From Raillietiella orientalis (taxonomy: Eukaryota): a stretch of 64,000 nt of DNA. Below the pieces are notes generated by a model that searched no databases, had not been told where the DNA came from, and worked only from the letters and a program-made list of their open reading frames with translations. This document shows positions 62,450 to 64,000 of this stretch, in pieces (positions within the stretch are counted from its first letter, which is position 1; each line of letters starts with the position of its first letter). Both the position numbers and the translations under genes were made by a program. The stretch covers positions 2,294,001-2,358,000 of the forward strand of contig JAYWIR010000024.1 in assembly GCA_036172245.1 (NCBI GenBank), written 5' to 3'.

Positions 62450-63800
62450 GTGCAGTTCGTGGGGAGGCAGGAGATTCAGTTGTTATCTTGCACCAGGGCA
62501 ATTATGTGGAGCAGCTGACGGCTACAATGCCTCAGGCTGTGGTTGAAAGACACGAGGATCGAAGTCAAACCTTCGCAGCCGGTCGCTCTGCTAGCGAGGA
62601 GTTGTGCGGGTTCGCACCATGGCGTTCTCCGGAATTTCGCCACAAGGGCGAGTGTTTGAAATTGGATCTGCCTCTTCATGCGTTCAAACGTAAGGAGGCC
62701 CAATCCACTGTCCCTGTGTGGAGCTCACGAGTCTTTTAATCGGACAAGGGACCTCCCTGAGGGCTTCCCTTAGGAGGCCCTTGGTCCGTTTTTTGATCAT
62801 GGGTGGGGCGAGGCAACCAAAAAGTAGGGAAGGGGGAAGAGGGGAGCCGCGAACGCGTTTCACACCTTGCAAGTAAAACTTGCCGTTGCGGAACCAGCCG
62901 AGCGTCCTCTGCACCTTTTGGAGACGGTTGGACGGGGATCCCTTCGACCAGGCGCATGAAGTACCTCGGCGTGCCGTTGGGCGACTTCAGTCCAGTAGAA
63001 ACGGACTGCCTTCGGAACACAGAGTGCTCTTGGCCCGTTTCACGGTGGCACGTTGTTCTTGCCGGAGCGGGTCTCCGTCTGGAACACCCTCGTTGCTCCC
63101 CTCCTCCCCCCCTCTTTTTTGTTTGAGCGTCACCCTACTCGGCCAAGCTCCAGGAGCGACGCTTGTTGAGGAACGTTTTGCGGGGATCGGCGAGGTCCAG
63201 CATCCGCCTCAAGGACTTGACGGCTCCGCGTCGGAATGCCGGTTTAGGCATCCCGACGTTGGATAGGACCGGGCTGCATACGCAGTTCCGGATGTTGGCA
63301 CTACTCTGTGGTGTGCACTCGCGCGACTGCTACTGCGACGTTGCACCGTCAGCGAAGGACTGTTTTCGTTGCTGCCGCTTGTCCAGTACGCCACGAGAGA
63401 ACTCGGCTTCCCGCTGAGGCAGCTCGTCTCGCTCCTGGAAGCGCATTTGTGGATCTGCTGCTGCCGAACGAACTTTAAGGCCTGGCGGCAGGAGGTGCTA
63501 TCGTCCTGGGCATCAGGAAGTGCCGCTCATCGAACTTCGGTGCGTGCACTTTTCCCTCTATCTGCCGTTTGAGGATGTGATGCAAGGCCATGGCAAATGG
63601 ACTAGCCTGGCCGCCACGCCCTTTGCCGCAGCGTTGTCTTCCCTGAGGGCTGGCAGACGCCGCCACTCGTAATTGTGTGCAGGAACTCCTTCGGTGGTGC
63701 AAACCCTTGAGTATGCCCCCTGAGGATCTTGTGGGCCCTATCACTTGAGAGGGCACGCCTGTGCTCTTCCATCGGTTGAAATAAAACGTACTTCTACTAT
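62450..63800 (+). mobile_element. Tx1/L1-clade RT thumb region
   Basis: MKYLGVPLG and RNAGLGIPTL; 63190-63500 is an inverted homolog of ~59930-60250. Confidence 0.65.
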
Positions 63801-64000
63801 TGCATTGGAGTTTGCATTGCAATCAGCGCACCCACCTCGCACTTTCTGGAGGAGTTGCATCCCGGAAACGAGGTGGGTTTTGTCTGTATGAGTAACTTAT
63901 TTTTATATTGTGGAAGTCCTCTCACATTCATTACAGTAGGCCTTACCAGCACTCAAGTCGGTATACAAGTGCAAAACAATACGAAAAATGTGTTCCGACA

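Noticed and set aside
1..64000. CRISPR arrays, rRNA, tRNA, U2 snRNA, prokaryotic operons
   Set aside because: None seen; the genes are spliceosomal-intron-containing eukaryotic genes.

Overview
Eukaryotic (arthropod-like) genomic window. An AT-rich first ~4.6 kb carries a complete 6-exon mitochondrial GrpE gene (minus strand, 646-2287) and a decayed Gypsy integrase. The rest is visibly more GC/CpG-rich and holds two head-to-head paralogous PAN/Apple-ZP cuticle/apical-ECM genes (neyo/nyobe-like) with identical intron positions. One is canonical (SP-3xPAN-ZP-furin site-TM, plus strand, 35438-45001). The other is intact but derived (minus strand, 8218-16584): it lacks PAN3 and nearly all of ZP-N in frame and has no TM, leaving a ZP-C-only module. 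Introns and intergenic DNA are a patchwork of decayed Tx1/L1, Utopia/NeSL-like, RTE, Gypsy, hAT, piggyBac-like and Helitron-like remnants plus a pogo-type MITE. Short decayed host-gene pieces are embedded among them: a Dscam Ig3-Ig4 exon, a Furin2-like 5' fragment, an EGF-repeat exon, and an unidentified 298-bp coding-like insert. All family calls come from manual translation and motif recall; no searches were run, and TE boundaries are approximate.
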